From a virus, in the IMG/VR virus record IMGVR_UViG_3300037961_006825, positions 1 to 64,000 of that record: DNA of 64,000 nucleotides; one strand, 5' to 3'. The position numbers and the translations under genes are program-made. Under the pieces are notes generated by a model. It saw nothing but the letters and a program-made list of their open reading frames with translations. It did not search any database and was not told the DNA's origin. Positions within the stretch are counted from its first letter, which is position 1; each line of letters opens with the position of its first letter. Below, one piece after another: positions 1 to 9,291 of this stretch.

Positions 1-1
1 T

Positions 2-18
2 ATTATAGATTAGTTCCT
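2..18 (-). promoter_or_regulatory. GGAAC-N5-TATAAT promoter for the gene left of the window
   Basis: Minus strand reads AGGAAC-taatc-TATAAT, overlapping the folE2 stop; same spacing recurs at 4 other loci. Confidence 0.55.
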
Positions 19-1067
19 TATCTTAAACCTGTAGATTCAAAAACATCTCTTGCAACACCTGCTCTAAATCCACCTTCAATACCTTTTACAATAACTGATA
101 TAGCATTATGACTATGAAGACTTTCATTATGAGAAGCTACAATCTTAAAGTCTTTAATACGTGACTCGTTATTAAGTTTCTCAAACATTAATCGAACTGC
201 ATCTTCTACAAACTTAAGATATGCACCATTCTTTTCAGCAAATGCTTGCTCATCTTCTCTCTTAACCATAACTTGCGTTTCAGTTTGCAGAGCAGCTAAA
301 CATAACTCTTGAATATCTTCAATCCATAACATATCGTCAAAGCGTACACTTACTCTTGCAACACTTCTTTGACTATGAGGTACAGTAGCTCGATTACGAT
401 ACTTTTCAGCATGCTCACTTAACTCAAAACTACAAGGACAAGCAGAAGAGTAAACAAAGTCAAAATGAATATACTTTTTAAACTCACCATCTTTAGTAAG
501 ATCACCTTCAAATACTACATCATAATATTGATAACCTTCTAAACCACTACGTAAACTTTTTTGCTTAATAGGATATGAAATCTTAAGCATTATACGAGAA
601 TCAAATACTTTAAGATTTTCTTTATATGTTTCTAATACATCTTTAATTTTATCGATACTAAATATCTCATCTTTATGATCATAAAAACTTCTCATAATAC
701 GAGACATATTAATACCTTTCTTATGAGCTTCTAATGATACACTACCAGTTACACTAGTCTCTAATTCAATAGTTTTACCATCTCTCTTTTTATAATTAAG
801 AGGTAATCTAAAGTTATGTATACCAACTTGTTGAATCGGTACTGCAGCTCCTTGAATTAAGCTGGAAGGTCCATTTTGAAGATCGGGCAATGAAGATATA
901 TATTTCTTATCAGCATTAACATTATCATCATAAACTCTAATCGGAGGAAAATAACCTTTAGCAAATTCTTCACCCATAATTTCTTTAGCGATAACATCTT
1001 TTTCACCGGTAAGTTCATCGTCTTCACCTAACCAATCATAACCAGTATTAGTTTCTTTTTTACTCAT
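18..1067 (-). CDS. folE2: GTP cyclohydrolase I, FolE2 (type IB)
   Basis: KGINMSR, SSACPCS, PHSQRS, VKREDE, FVEDAVR, ESLHSHNA motifs. Confidence 0.93.
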   Translation of the reverse strand: MSKKETNTGYDWLGEDDELTGEKDVIAKEIMGEEFAKGYFPPIRVYDDNVNADKKYISSLPDLQNGPSSLIQGAAVPIQQVGIHNFRLPLNYKKRDGKTIELETSVTGSVSLEAHKKGINMSRIMRSFYDHKDEIFSIDKIKDVLETYKENLKVFDSRIMLKISYPIKQKSLRSGLEGYQYYDVVFEGDLTKDGEFKKYIHFDFVYSSACPCSFELSEHAEKYRNRATVPHSQRSVARVSVRFDDMLWIEDIQELCLAALQTETQVMVKREDEQAFAEKNGAYLKFVEDAVRLMFEKLNNESRIKDFKIVASHNESLHSHNAISVIVKGIEGGFRAGVARDVFESTGLR

Positions 1068-1105
1068 ATATGTATTATTATAGAGTATAGATTAAATATT
1101 TCAAG

Positions 1106-2803
1106 ATGAAGAACGAAAATTTATTTAACCAAATTGAAGAAGCCTTTGATCTAAAAGAAAAAAATGTAGATAAAATTTTTGAAGAAGGTAAATTTAAAAA
1201 AGTCTTAGAAGAAAGAACCACTGCTCCATTAGCTGGACAATCAGCTTTAGGTGATGTTACAAGAACTGCAACAGGCGCAACAGGATCTGCTATTGGAGGT
1301 ATTGGTAAAGGTATAGGAGCTGCTGCAAGAGGTGCAACAGCATTAGCTAGTAATTTATTTGGTAAAAATAGACAATTAAGAAGACAAGAAAAATTAAAAG
1401 CTGATCAAATGGCTCAAGATTTAAAGTTACAGAAAAAATTTGGTAAAAAAATAGCAGCTCAAGATCTTAAAAAAGCAAAACAAGATCAAAGATTAGCAAT
1501 GAAACAAGGTCAGCAAGCATTAAGGCAAGGTCAGCAAGCATTAAAACAAGGTGATCTTGCTGCGAAAGATCAAGCATTAGATTTAAAACGTAAGCGAACC
1601 GGATATGTATCACCGCAAGAAAGATTAGCAATGATGCAATCAGGTACACCTACACAAACCCCTGATACTTTAGAAGGTAAATCAGCTGCATTCAAAGAAG
1701 TTTATAGTGAAAATCCAGAATTCAAAAGATTAGTAGATAAAATTGCTGGAGGTCAAGAATTAACTTCTAGTGAAGCTGATCAGTATGAAAATTTTAAGAG
1801 AAAAATTGAAGGAATTAAAACTCAAACCGGAGAAACGTTAGGGGGCGAAGCTAAGAAAAAAGCTAAACAAGAAGAAAAAAGAATACGAGATGAAGAAAGA
1901 AAAAAAGCAGCAGACCAAGCTGCTGCAGCTGAAAAAGCTGTTAAAGAAAAAGAAAAAAAAGATTATCAAATTACTGTAAGAAAAGAAATTGATAGGTTAG
2001 ATCCTGACCTTAGAGCATTATTAGCTGCAAGAAATATTGTACAAGATTATGTAGAATATAAAATTGATAAAAATAAAACAAGTGACTCATTAAGACATGG
2101 TACTAAACCTAGTGAATTCCAAGATGATGTGTTTGAAGTTGTTAAAACTTTTATATTTGGTGGTGATTTACAATCAAAAGATGGTCAAGGTTCAGTCGCA
2201 TTAAAAGGAGATGATACTTTTGAGAAACATCGTCAAGATAAAAAAATATTTTTAAATAGATTTGATAGAGATGTAATGAAATTGATACCAACATATATGA
2301 ACCCTGGTGTTAGAACAAGGATTGCTAATAGAATTAAAGAAGTTTATGATACTGAAGTAGCTAAAATAGATAAAGAAGGTATGCCATCGAAGCTTGAAAT
2401 GAGAGATGATTTTAAAGCTGAACTTCAAGGTAAAATTAAAGATGAAATGGATAAAGATAAAAAATTACCTTCTGATGAAAAGAAGAAAAAAATTGAACCA
2501 ATAAAATTAAGTGCTAAAGCTAAGAAAGCTGCTATTTCTAATATATCTAAAAATATGACTGATAGAGCGGCAAAAATTAAAGTTTTATCTCCTGAAAAAT
2601 ATGTTGAAAGTATATTTAAAAAGAGAGGACCTAATGCTTTAAGAAATCCTAAAAATGTAGCTCGTAATTATAACAATTATATTCTTAAAAAAGAGAGAGA
2701 AAAGGGTGTTCAAAGAGAATTAAAATTAGAACATATGGTATTTGAAGAAAGAATAGAGTCCCTCTCTCAATCTCTCTTATCTAAAGATATTATAACTAAG
2801 TAA
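1106..2803 (+). CDS. Lys-rich helical hypothetical protein, possible internal virion protein
   Basis: 565 aa; TAAATA upstream; acidic N-terminus ending VLEE, Gly/Ala segment, QGQQAL repeats. Confidence 0.6.
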   Translation: MKNENLFNQIEEAFDLKEKNVDKIFEEGKFKKVLEERTTAPLAGQSALGDVTRTATGATGSAIGGIGKGIGAAARGATALASNLFGKNRQLRRQEKLKADQMAQDLKLQKKFGKKIAAQDLKKAKQDQRLAMKQGQQALRQGQQALKQGDLAAKDQALDLKRKRTGYVSPQERLAMMQSGTPTQTPDTLEGKSAAFKEVYSENPEFKRLVDKIAGGQELTSSEADQYENFKRKIEGIKTQTGETLGGEAKKKAKQEEKRIRDEERKKAADQAAAAEKAVKEKEKKDYQITVRKEIDRLDPDLRALLAARNIVQDYVEYKIDKNKTSDSLRHGTKPSEFQDDVFEVVKTFIFGGDLQSKDGQGSVALKGDDTFEKHRQDKKIFLNRFDRDVMKLIPTYMNPGVRTRIANRIKEVYDTEVAKIDKEGMPSKLEMRDDFKAELQGKIKDEMDKDKKLPSDEKKKKIEPIKLSAKAKKAAISNISKNMTDRAAKIKVLSPEKYVESIFKKRGPNALRNPKNVARNYNNYILKKEREKGVQRELKLEHMVFEERIESLSQSLLSKDIITK

Positions 2804-2830
2804 AAAACAAAATCAACTATTTTTTTTCAG

Positions 2831-2858
2831 TTGATTATAAAAAACTATATGCTATAAT
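2831..2858 (+). promoter_or_regulatory. sigma70-like promoter for queD
   Basis: TTGATT-N16-TATAAT with TG extension, 6 nt before the ATG. Confidence 0.6.
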
Positions 2859-2864
2859 ATTTGT

Positions 2865-3542
2865 ATGAGCGCATTTAAGTCAACTAAAATTATTCCTATG
2901 GGATCTACCGCTTTTCGTCAATGGAGAGCTGAAAGTCATTGTCAATTTATTCATGGTTATCGTTTACAAACTAAAATTTGGTTTGGATTAAGTGAAGGAG
3001 CAACATTAGATGATAAAAATTGGGTATTTGACTTCGGTGGTTGTAAGGAGATTAAAAAATTATTAGAAGATCAGTTTGATCATACATTTTGCGCTGCAGC
3101 AGACGATCCAGAATTAGAAGTATTTAAGATGCTTGATAGTAAAGGTCTAATTCAACTAAGAATTATGGATGGAGTAGGTATTGAAAAGACTGCTGAATGG
3201 GTTTATACTGCAGTAAGTAATTATGTTAAAGAGTCTACTAAAGGTAGAGTAAAGATCGATAAGGTTGAAGTATGGGAGCATGAAGGTAATAGTGCAATAT
3301 ATGATACTAGACTAGATACTTTAAATAATCGTGCAGATAAATACGTTGATCAACGCGTAATCAGTAAAGAAAAGGCTCATGAAATGGCTATTGAAGAAAA
3401 TAAAGAGATTTTAAATAATCTTAAAAAAGAAAAGCCAATAGATCCTGAGTTAGATACAGGTAGAAAAAGTTCTTTAGGTTCAGATATACCGGTTTCAAAA
3501 GGTATGAGTAATCCGTTCCAAGGTACTTCATGGGGTAATTAA
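2865..3542 (+). CDS. queD: 6-carboxytetrahydropterin synthase (QueD/PTPS) with C-terminal extension
   Basis: CQFIHGY, DFG, FDH, EVWEHEGNSA motifs. Confidence 0.88.
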   Translation: MSAFKSTKIIPMGSTAFRQWRAESHCQFIHGYRLQTKIWFGLSEGATLDDKNWVFDFGGCKEIKKLLEDQFDHTFCAAADDPELEVFKMLDSKGLIQLRIMDGVGIEKTAEWVYTAVSNYVKESTKGRVKIDKVEVWEHEGNSAIYDTRLDTLNNRADKYVDQRVISKEKAHEMAIEENKEILNNLKKEKPIDPELDTGRKSSLGSDIPVSKGMSNPFQGTSWGN

Positions 3543-3550
3543 ATAATTAC

Positions 3551-3748
3551 ATGTTTGGTGCTAAAAAAGAACGTGATCCTAACTTAATTAAATTAGAACA
3601 AAGTGTTTTTAGTAGAATTAATCAAGAAATTCAAAAAGTACAACCTGAATTACCGGATACTGCTAAAAATGATGTAAATTTTGTAAGTTTTGAACAAGCT
3701 TTACGTGAATTAAGCGATATCAGCAAGTCTACTAACGATAAATCTTAA
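3551..3748 (+). CDS. hypothetical protein
   Basis: 65 aa ORF with TAAATA just upstream. Confidence 0.6.
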   Translation: MFGAKKERDPNLIKLEQSVFSRINQEIQKVQPELPDTAKNDVNFVSFEQALRELSDISKSTNDKS

Positions 3749-4453
3749 TATTTCACTACGAACCACTTCATTTTCAGTAAAATCGTATGCAAATATGCCA
3801 TTTTCTTGACATTCTGATGTATCAAAACAATCTTTTATACGTTTGAACCCTGATTTACCGTTAATATCACTTTGCAATGAGTCTCCTACTACGATATACT
3901 TGGTATCTTCACCAAATCTCGTTAAAACTGTAGTTAATTCATCAGTAGTCATGTTTTGAGCTTCATCTACTATAACGCAACTGTTGCGAAACGTTAAACC
4001 ACGTGTAAAATTAACAGGAATACACTTTATTATATGTTTATTCAATAAATTACTTTGAACAGAAGGGTCTAAAATTTCTTCTAGCTTATCGATTAAAGGT
4101 GCAGCCCACGGTTTAAACTTTTCTTCTAACTCTCCCGGTAATGCACCCATGCTTCGATTAGCGCTTTCAACTACTGAACGTATATAAACTATATTATTAA
4201 CTTTACCTTCGTTAAGGAGACGTAAAGCTGCTAATACTCCTATATATGTCTTAGCACTTCCTGCAGGACCATCAATAAATCCCATGCTAGTGTTATCATC
4301 TATTATAGTATCAAAAAATTCCTGTTGGATCTGATTGAGTTTATACTCTTTTTTGATATGGAAATCAGTATCCCAATCTTTTGATGCTAAGTTATGCAAA
4401 TCAAATATATCAGTTTCATTTGCCCGACGTGTAGAGATTTTCTTCTTCGCCAT
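3710..4453 (-). CDS. phoH: PhoH-family ATPase
   Basis: GPAGSAKT, LPGELEEK, RGLTF, IVDEAQN, GDSLQSD. Confidence 0.93.
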   Translation of the reverse strand: MAKKKISTRRANETDIFDLHNLASKDWDTDFHIKKEYKLNQIQQEFFDTIIDDNTSMGFIDGPAGSAKTYIGVLAALRLLNEGKVNNIVYIRSVVESANRSMGALPGELEEKFKPWAAPLIDKLEEILDPSVQSNLLNKHIIKCIPVNFTRGLTFRNSCVIVDEAQNMTTDELTTVLTRFGEDTKYIVVGDSLQSDINGKSGFKRIKDCFDTSECQENGIFAYDFTENEVVRSEILRFIVSRLADIA

Positions 4454-4541
4454 TAAAATTATTTATGGTAAAATACTTAAAAAATTCATTTTAAAATTAT
4501 TGATTATCGTCAAATAAATACTATACTATATAGATATAAAA

Positions 4542-4558
4542 AGGAACTAAAATATAAT
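4542..4558 (+). promoter_or_regulatory. GGAAC-N5-TATAAT promoter for the queE-speD-speD-speE operon
   Basis: AGGAAC-taaaa-TATAAT, 6 nt before the ATG. Confidence 0.6.
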
Positions 4559-4564
4559 TATATT

Positions 4565-5308
4565 ATGGCATTAGATACGTTAAGTTTAAGTGATGATAAA
4601 GTGTTTTATACTCTAGAAGGTGAAGGTTTGCATATTGGTCAACCTTCTGTCTTTATGAGATTAGCGATGTGTAATCTATCTTGTAAAGGTTTTGCATCTG
4701 AAGATTCACCGCATGGTTGTGATTCTTTTGTTTCATGGTCTATAAAAAATAAGTTTACGTTCGATGACTTAAATTTATATTTTGAAGAGCATGGTTATGA
4801 TGAAGCATTACGTAAAGGTGCTATATTAAAAATAACTGGCGGTGAGCCTATGTTACAGCAACGTAGATTATTAGAATGGTTACCTACTTTTGAAGAATGG
4901 TTTGGGTTTAAACCTCGTATAGACTTTGAAAGTAATGCTAGTATAATGCCTAAAGAAGAGTGGATAACTGATTGGAATGCTACTTTTACTTTATCTCCTA
5001 AGATGAGTAATAATGGTGATCCAGAAAAGATTAGATATAAGCCTGAAGTTTTAAAATGGCATAATAGTCATGATGAAAGTTGTTTCAAGTTTGTTATTAG
5101 TAATAATAATGATGTTAAAGAGTTATATGAAAAATATATTGACCCTGGTTATGTAAGTAAAGATAAGATATGGTTAATGCCTTGTTGTGGTAGTAGAGAT
5201 GAACATACTGAAAAATCTACTATGGTAGCAGAATTATGTAAAGAACATCATTTTAAATTTAGCCCTAGACTTCAATTAGTAATATGGGATATGGCTTTAA
5301 AGGTATGA
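4565..5308 (+). CDS. queE: 7-carboxy-7-deazaguanine synthase (radical SAM)
   Basis: FYTLEGEG, FMRLAMCNLSC..CDS cluster motif with insertion, TGGEP, LSPK, KFV, PRLQ. Confidence 0.88.
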   Translation: MALDTLSLSDDKVFYTLEGEGLHIGQPSVFMRLAMCNLSCKGFASEDSPHGCDSFVSWSIKNKFTFDDLNLYFEEHGYDEALRKGAILKITGGEPMLQQRRLLEWLPTFEEWFGFKPRIDFESNASIMPKEEWITDWNATFTLSPKMSNNGDPEKIRYKPEVLKWHNSHDESCFKFVISNNNDVKELYEKYIDPGYVSKDKIWLMPCCGSRDEHTEKSTMVAELCKEHHFKFSPRLQLVIWDMALKV

Positions 5309-5309
5309 T

Positions 5310-5678
5310 GTGAGTTTAGCAAATCACCAGATTATAGATTTTTACGGTTGTGATAAAGATATTTTATCTAACTCTGATATTGTAAAAAGTTATTTTGTTA
5401 AGGCTGCTGAAATGTCTCATGCAACTATTGTATCTGAAAAGTTTCATGAATTTAGTCCATTCGGTTTAACAGGTGTATTAGTGATAACTGAAAGCCATAT
5501 CAGTATACATACTTGGCCTGAATATGGGTATGTAGCAATTGATGTATTTAGCTGCTGTGATAAATTAGATCATAAAAGATTAGTTGATGTTTTACAAACA
5601 CATTTTAAAGCAAAAAAGGTAAATTCAAAAAGTATAAAGAGAGGTAGACATGGACGAGCATTCATTCGAAAAGGATAA
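5310..5678 (+). CDS. speD: S-adenosylmethionine decarboxylase proenzyme
   Basis: GLTGVLVITE-SHISIHTWPEYGYVAIDVFSC canonical pyruvoyl site; GTG start. Confidence 0.92.
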   Translation: MSLANHQIIDFYGCDKDILSNSDIVKSYFVKAAEMSHATIVSEKFHEFSPFGLTGVLVITESHISIHTWPEYGYVAIDVFSCCDKLDHKRLVDVLQTHFKAKKVNSKSIKRGRHGRAFIRKG

Positions 5679-6030
5679 ATTATGGGGCATGTCAATGTCC
5701 TTAGATCTCTATAAATGTAATCCGGATACAATTCGAGATGCAGATAAGATTAAAGAATACGTAAAAGAGCTTTGTGATAATGTCATTGATATGAAAAGAT
5801 ATGGTGAATGTCAAGTAGTTCATTTCGGTGACGATCCGAAAGTTACAGGGTTTTCAATGACTCAATTAATTGAAACGTCTTTAGTATCAGGACATTTTGC
5901 TAATAATACTAATGCAGCATACTTAGATATATTTTCTTGTAAATGGTATGATATAGATAAAGTTAGAGATTTTAGTGAAAAGTTTTTTGAAGCTAAAGCA
6001 TCAATAACTAATTTAAGTAAACGACAATGA
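5650..6030 (+). CDS. SpeD-fold pyruvoyl decarboxylase paralog (possible ornithine/arginine decarboxylase)
   Basis: GFSMTQLIET-SLVSGHF..YLDIFSCK; divergent from the canonical ESH motif. Confidence 0.75.
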   Translation: MDEHSFEKDKLWGMSMSLDLYKCNPDTIRDADKIKEYVKELCDNVIDMKRYGECQVVHFGDDPKVTGFSMTQLIETSLVSGHFANNTNAAYLDIFSCKWYDIDKVRDFSEKFFEAKASITNLSKRQ

Positions 6031-6848
6031 TAATAGATGATAGTTGGGATAAAAAGAATGGTAGTACTATTCTTATTGAAGGAGAACTTTTAGAGGAAGT
6101 TCGTTCAGAATATCAACACATTGAAGTGTATGATACAAAACGTTTTGGTAAACTTTTAAAACTTGACGGTGTTATTCAACTAACTGAATTTGATGAAGCT
6201 AATTATCATGAAATGATAGCTCATGTACCTTTACGTACTCATAATACACCTGATAATGTTTTAGTTATCGGTGGCGGTGACGGCGGGGCTGTTAGAGAAA
6301 TATTAAAACATAAACGAGTTAAAAATATTGATTTAGTAGAAATTGATAATGAAGTTATAAAAATATCAAAAAAATATTTTCCAGAAATATCATCTGGTTT
6401 AGAAGATAGTAAAGTTACTATTATGAATCAAGACGGTGCTGAGTATATTAAAAAATGTACTAATTTATATGATGTAATAATTATAGATTCTACTGATCCA
6501 TTTAGTGTAGGTGAATCGCTTTTTAAAGAAGAATTTTATTCTAATTTAAAAAAAGCATTAAAAGAAAGAGGTATAGTTATTTCTCAATCTGAAAGTATGT
6601 TTTATAATAAAGATTTAATTCAAGATATGTTTGAATTTAAACGTAAACATTTTAACGTTGTAAGATATTATTATACTTTAGTACCTACATATCCGTCAGG
6701 AACGATTGGCTTTCATTTTTGTTCAGATGGTCATTATTTACCTATTGATTTAAATGATGATTCTTTTGATAGAATGGAAGGCTTAAAATATTATAACGAA
6801 ATGATTCATAACAGTAGTTTTTTAACACCAAACGGAGTAAGTAATTAA
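6027..6848 (+). CDS. speE: spermidine synthase
   Basis: SEYQHI, LDGVIQ, YHEM, VLVIGGGDGG, VEID, DSTDP, VPTYPSG. Confidence 0.93.
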   Translation: MIIDDSWDKKNGSTILIEGELLEEVRSEYQHIEVYDTKRFGKLLKLDGVIQLTEFDEANYHEMIAHVPLRTHNTPDNVLVIGGGDGGAVREILKHKRVKNIDLVEIDNEVIKISKKYFPEISSGLEDSKVTIMNQDGAEYIKKCTNLYDVIIIDSTDPFSVGESLFKEEFYSNLKKALKERGIVISQSESMFYNKDLIQDMFEFKRKHFNVVRYYYTLVPTYPSGTIGFHFCSDGHYLPIDLNDDSFDRMEGLKYYNEMIHNSSFLTPNGVSN

Positions 6849-7499
6849 ATGGCACAATTAATATGTAATTTACCAAACAATAAAGTTTGGGTTAGAAAAG
6901 AATTCTTAAGAGATGGCAAAGATGGGCATGGTGAGTTTGTTGAAGGTCATTGGGTAACTGCTAAAAGCATAGTTGGTAGAGCATTTTATTTTGAAACTTA
7001 TCTACCAGAATATGGTGCAGTATTTGATAAACTACCTATTAATGCATTTGTTTCATCACCTGAAAAACCAGATAAAGATTACCCATTACATGACTTACAA
7101 TTTTGGAATTGTATGGATTATGGAGTAACTTGTATTTATAAACAATTTATTGGTAGTATGGATTTTGAAATCTTTACTAGATCACATGATATTGTAAAAG
7201 GTACTTATTTGTTTACTTTAGATAATTATCATGCATCAGCAGATGAAATAGATTATAGTTGTTCTGAGGTACCTGCAGAGCATAAATCATTTAATTGTTT
7301 GGAGTTAGAAAATGGACAATATGCATTGTATCCTAATAATAGAATGAGAGTTTATGATAATTCATTAACTCCTAAAACTCCAAAAATGCCAGACTTTTTA
7401 GTTAGTACTGACTATTATCAAGTAGAAAGCGGTTACGAATATCGTTTAGGTGATACAGATGAGTACTTCTGGAAAACAAAAGATAAAAAGGATAAATAA
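6849..7499 (+). CDS. conserved hypothetical protein of marine T4-like phages
   Basis: VWVRKEFL..GHGEF, FETYLPEYGA..DKLP, NGQYALYPNNR resemble a recurrent cyanophage-type family (from memory). Confidence 0.65.
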   Translation: MAQLICNLPNNKVWVRKEFLRDGKDGHGEFVEGHWVTAKSIVGRAFYFETYLPEYGAVFDKLPINAFVSSPEKPDKDYPLHDLQFWNCMDYGVTCIYKQFIGSMDFEIFTRSHDIVKGTYLFTLDNYHASADEIDYSCSEVPAEHKSFNCLELENGQYALYPNNRMRVYDNSLTPKTPKMPDFLVSTDYYQVESGYEYRLGDTDEYFWKTKDKKDK

Positions 7500-7504
7500 A
7501 AATT

Positions 7505-7708
7505 ATGAGTATATTAATATCATTAGTAGTATTCGTAGCTGGGTTCGTCGTCGGTGCACTCGTAACACGTAAAAATGTTGAAGAGGTAAATGCTGTAGTT
7601 GCAGAAGCAAAAGAGCTTGCAGCTAAAATCGATGCAAAGGTTGATGAGCTTAAAGATGAAAAGAAGCCTGCTACGAAAAGAGGCCGTAAGCCTGCAGCAA
7701 AGAAATAA
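7505..7708 (+). CDS. small membrane-anchored protein with basic tail
   Basis: N-terminal TM, coiled coil, KRGRKPAAKK tail. Confidence 0.7.
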   Translation: MSILISLVVFVAGFVVGALVTRKNVEEVNAVVAEAKELAAKIDAKVDELKDEKKPATKRGRKPAAKK

Positions 7709-7728
7709 GTAATTTTTTTTGCTTTTCT

Positions 7729-7762
7729 AAACCCTGTTAATTAATTTTAGCAGGGTTTTTTT
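7729..7762. terminator. intrinsic terminator between convergent genes
   Basis: AACCCTGTTAA/TTAGCAGGGTT stem followed by a T run. Confidence 0.8.
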
Positions 7763-8141
7763 ATAGATACTTAAGAGATAAATAATTGATAATTAAATGT
7801 ATCGTATTGTCAGTAATAATTAAAAGCCAAGTTGATAACCAAACTGGTACATCTTTATGATATCCATTAGTATCGCAATCTTTCCAACTAGGCCAATATT
7901 TGCAAGGAGCTATTTTTGTTTTTGCAAAGGCTATATATTTTGCAACTCCAAATCTATCGATTAAGAAATGGGTAAAGAAAATAGTAAACCAAGCAGCAAA
8001 TGAAGGCTGTAATAATAAAAACGGCAACGAGTAAACGAATGCATGGGTTGCAGCGGCTCTATTATTTTTAATTTTATGTAAAGCCATCCAATCACTTTGT
8101 AACAAGTAATCCCCTGTTAAGTGTAATATTAATTGTTCCAT
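7761..8141 (-). CDS. DUF3307-like membrane protein
   Basis: HLTGDYLLQSDWMA, THFLID, DNTIH His/Asp motifs with TM segments. Confidence 0.75.
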   Translation of the reverse strand: MEQLILHLTGDYLLQSDWMALHKIKNNRAAATHAFVYSLPFLLLQPSFAAWFTIFFTHFLIDRFGVAKYIAFAKTKIAPCKYWPSWKDCDTNGYHKDVPVWLSTWLLIITDNTIHLIINYLSLKYL

Positions 8142-8197
8142 AATCTAAATCTAAACCTTACCATATTATTTACTTATTGGGAAAGATAAGTCAACGT

Positions 8198-8205
8198 TAT
8201 AAATA
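8198..8205 (+). promoter_or_regulatory. T4-type late promoter for the curli/cyclase operon
   Basis: TATAAATA 5 nt before ATG 8211. Confidence 0.65.
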
Positions 8206-8210
8206 ATTAT

Positions 8211-8492
8211 ATGGAAGGTTTTATTAGATTTATGACCGAAGTTGGGTTTCCGATTGCAGGAGCTCTAGCTGGCGGTGTTTTCATCTTTATAATTTTAAAA
8301 TTTATATTAGAAGGTGTAAAAGGTTCTGTAGCCGGTCTTGGTGGTATGATTGGTAGTTTACAGAATAGAGTAGATGTAATGACAAATGAAATCGTTAAAA
8401 TTGATACATTAATTTCACATGCTTTTAATGTAGAACCAAACTTAGATAGAATAGCTGCTTCCGAAGGTAAAGAAGACGCAAGGAAAGATTAA
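8211..8492 (+). CDS. single-TM coiled-coil protein (GFP motif, YvrJ-like)
   Basis: VGFPIA-TM then coiled coil; paralog of the next gene. Confidence 0.65.
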   Translation: MEGFIRFMTEVGFPIAGALAGGVFIFIILKFILEGVKGSVAGLGGMIGSLQNRVDVMTNEIVKIDTLISHAFNVEPNLDRIAASEGKEDARKD

Positions 8493-8494
8493 AA

Positions 8495-8812
8495 ATGGGT
8501 AATGCAGAAATAGATAGTATTTCAAAATTAGTAAATGATTTCGGGTTCCCGGTCATAGCAGCTATAGGTTTAGGCTATTTTGTGTATTACGTATGGCAAT
8601 GGGTAACTAAAGATATTTCTCCAGTAATAGGTGATTCAAAAAAGACGTTAATAGGTTTAATTGATAAAGTAAGAATGTTAGATAATGACATGATTCGTCT
8701 GAATATTAAACTAAAAATGATTCTTCAAGAACAGGAAAGAAAGAAGCACTTAGAAGATGATTACAATAAAAGACGAAACGAACTTGATAAACTTATTAAT
8801 GAGAGTAAATAA
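8495..8812 (+). CDS. single-TM coiled-coil protein (GFP motif, YvrJ-like)
   Basis: FGFPVIA-TM, DKVRMLDNDMIRL. Confidence 0.65.
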   Translation: MGNAEIDSISKLVNDFGFPVIAAIGLGYFVYYVWQWVTKDISPVIGDSKKTLIGLIDKVRMLDNDMIRLNIKLKMILQEQERKKHLEDDYNKRRNELDKLINESK

Positions 8813-8817
8813 TTTTT

Positions 8818-9291
8818 ATGAAATGTATTCTAATACTTTTTATACCTATTTTATGTTTTGGAAGTGAAATAGTTTTTCAATTTAAATCTCCTACATTTAA
8901 CGGGGTAGGTTATTCAGCTCACGAATTAGCTAAAGAGCAAATTACTTTTAACAGAAAGAAAAGTATAGCAGATGAGTTAGAAGCTATAGCTTTACAAGCT
9001 CAATTAGCAGAAGATAGATCAGCTTTAAATACTTTTTTGTCAAATGTTCAAGCAAGAATTTATTCTGAATTAGCTAAGCAAGTAACTGAGCAATTATTTT
9101 CAGATGACGGAGCTGAATCAGGTACTTTTACTTTAGAAGGTAATCAAATTACTTGGTATAAATCAGCAGATGATAATATTGTATTAACTGTAGCAGATCT
9201 AATAGCTGGTACAACTACTGAAATTATTATACCAGTTGGTACATTATTTATACCGTTAGAAACAACTACAGGTACTACAGGTGATGATTAA
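8818..9291 (+). CDS. csgF: curli assembly protein CsgF-like
   Basis: Signal peptide, then SEIVFQFKSPTFNG (CsgF N-terminal motif); C-terminal GTTTEIIIP; adjacent to csgG. Confidence 0.8.
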   Translation: MKCILILFIPILCFGSEIVFQFKSPTFNGVGYSAHELAKEQITFNRKKSIADELEAIALQAQLAEDRSALNTFLSNVQARIYSELAKQVTEQLFSDDGAESGTFTLEGNQITWYKSADDNIVLTVADLIAGTTTEIIIPVGTLFIPLETTTGTTGDD

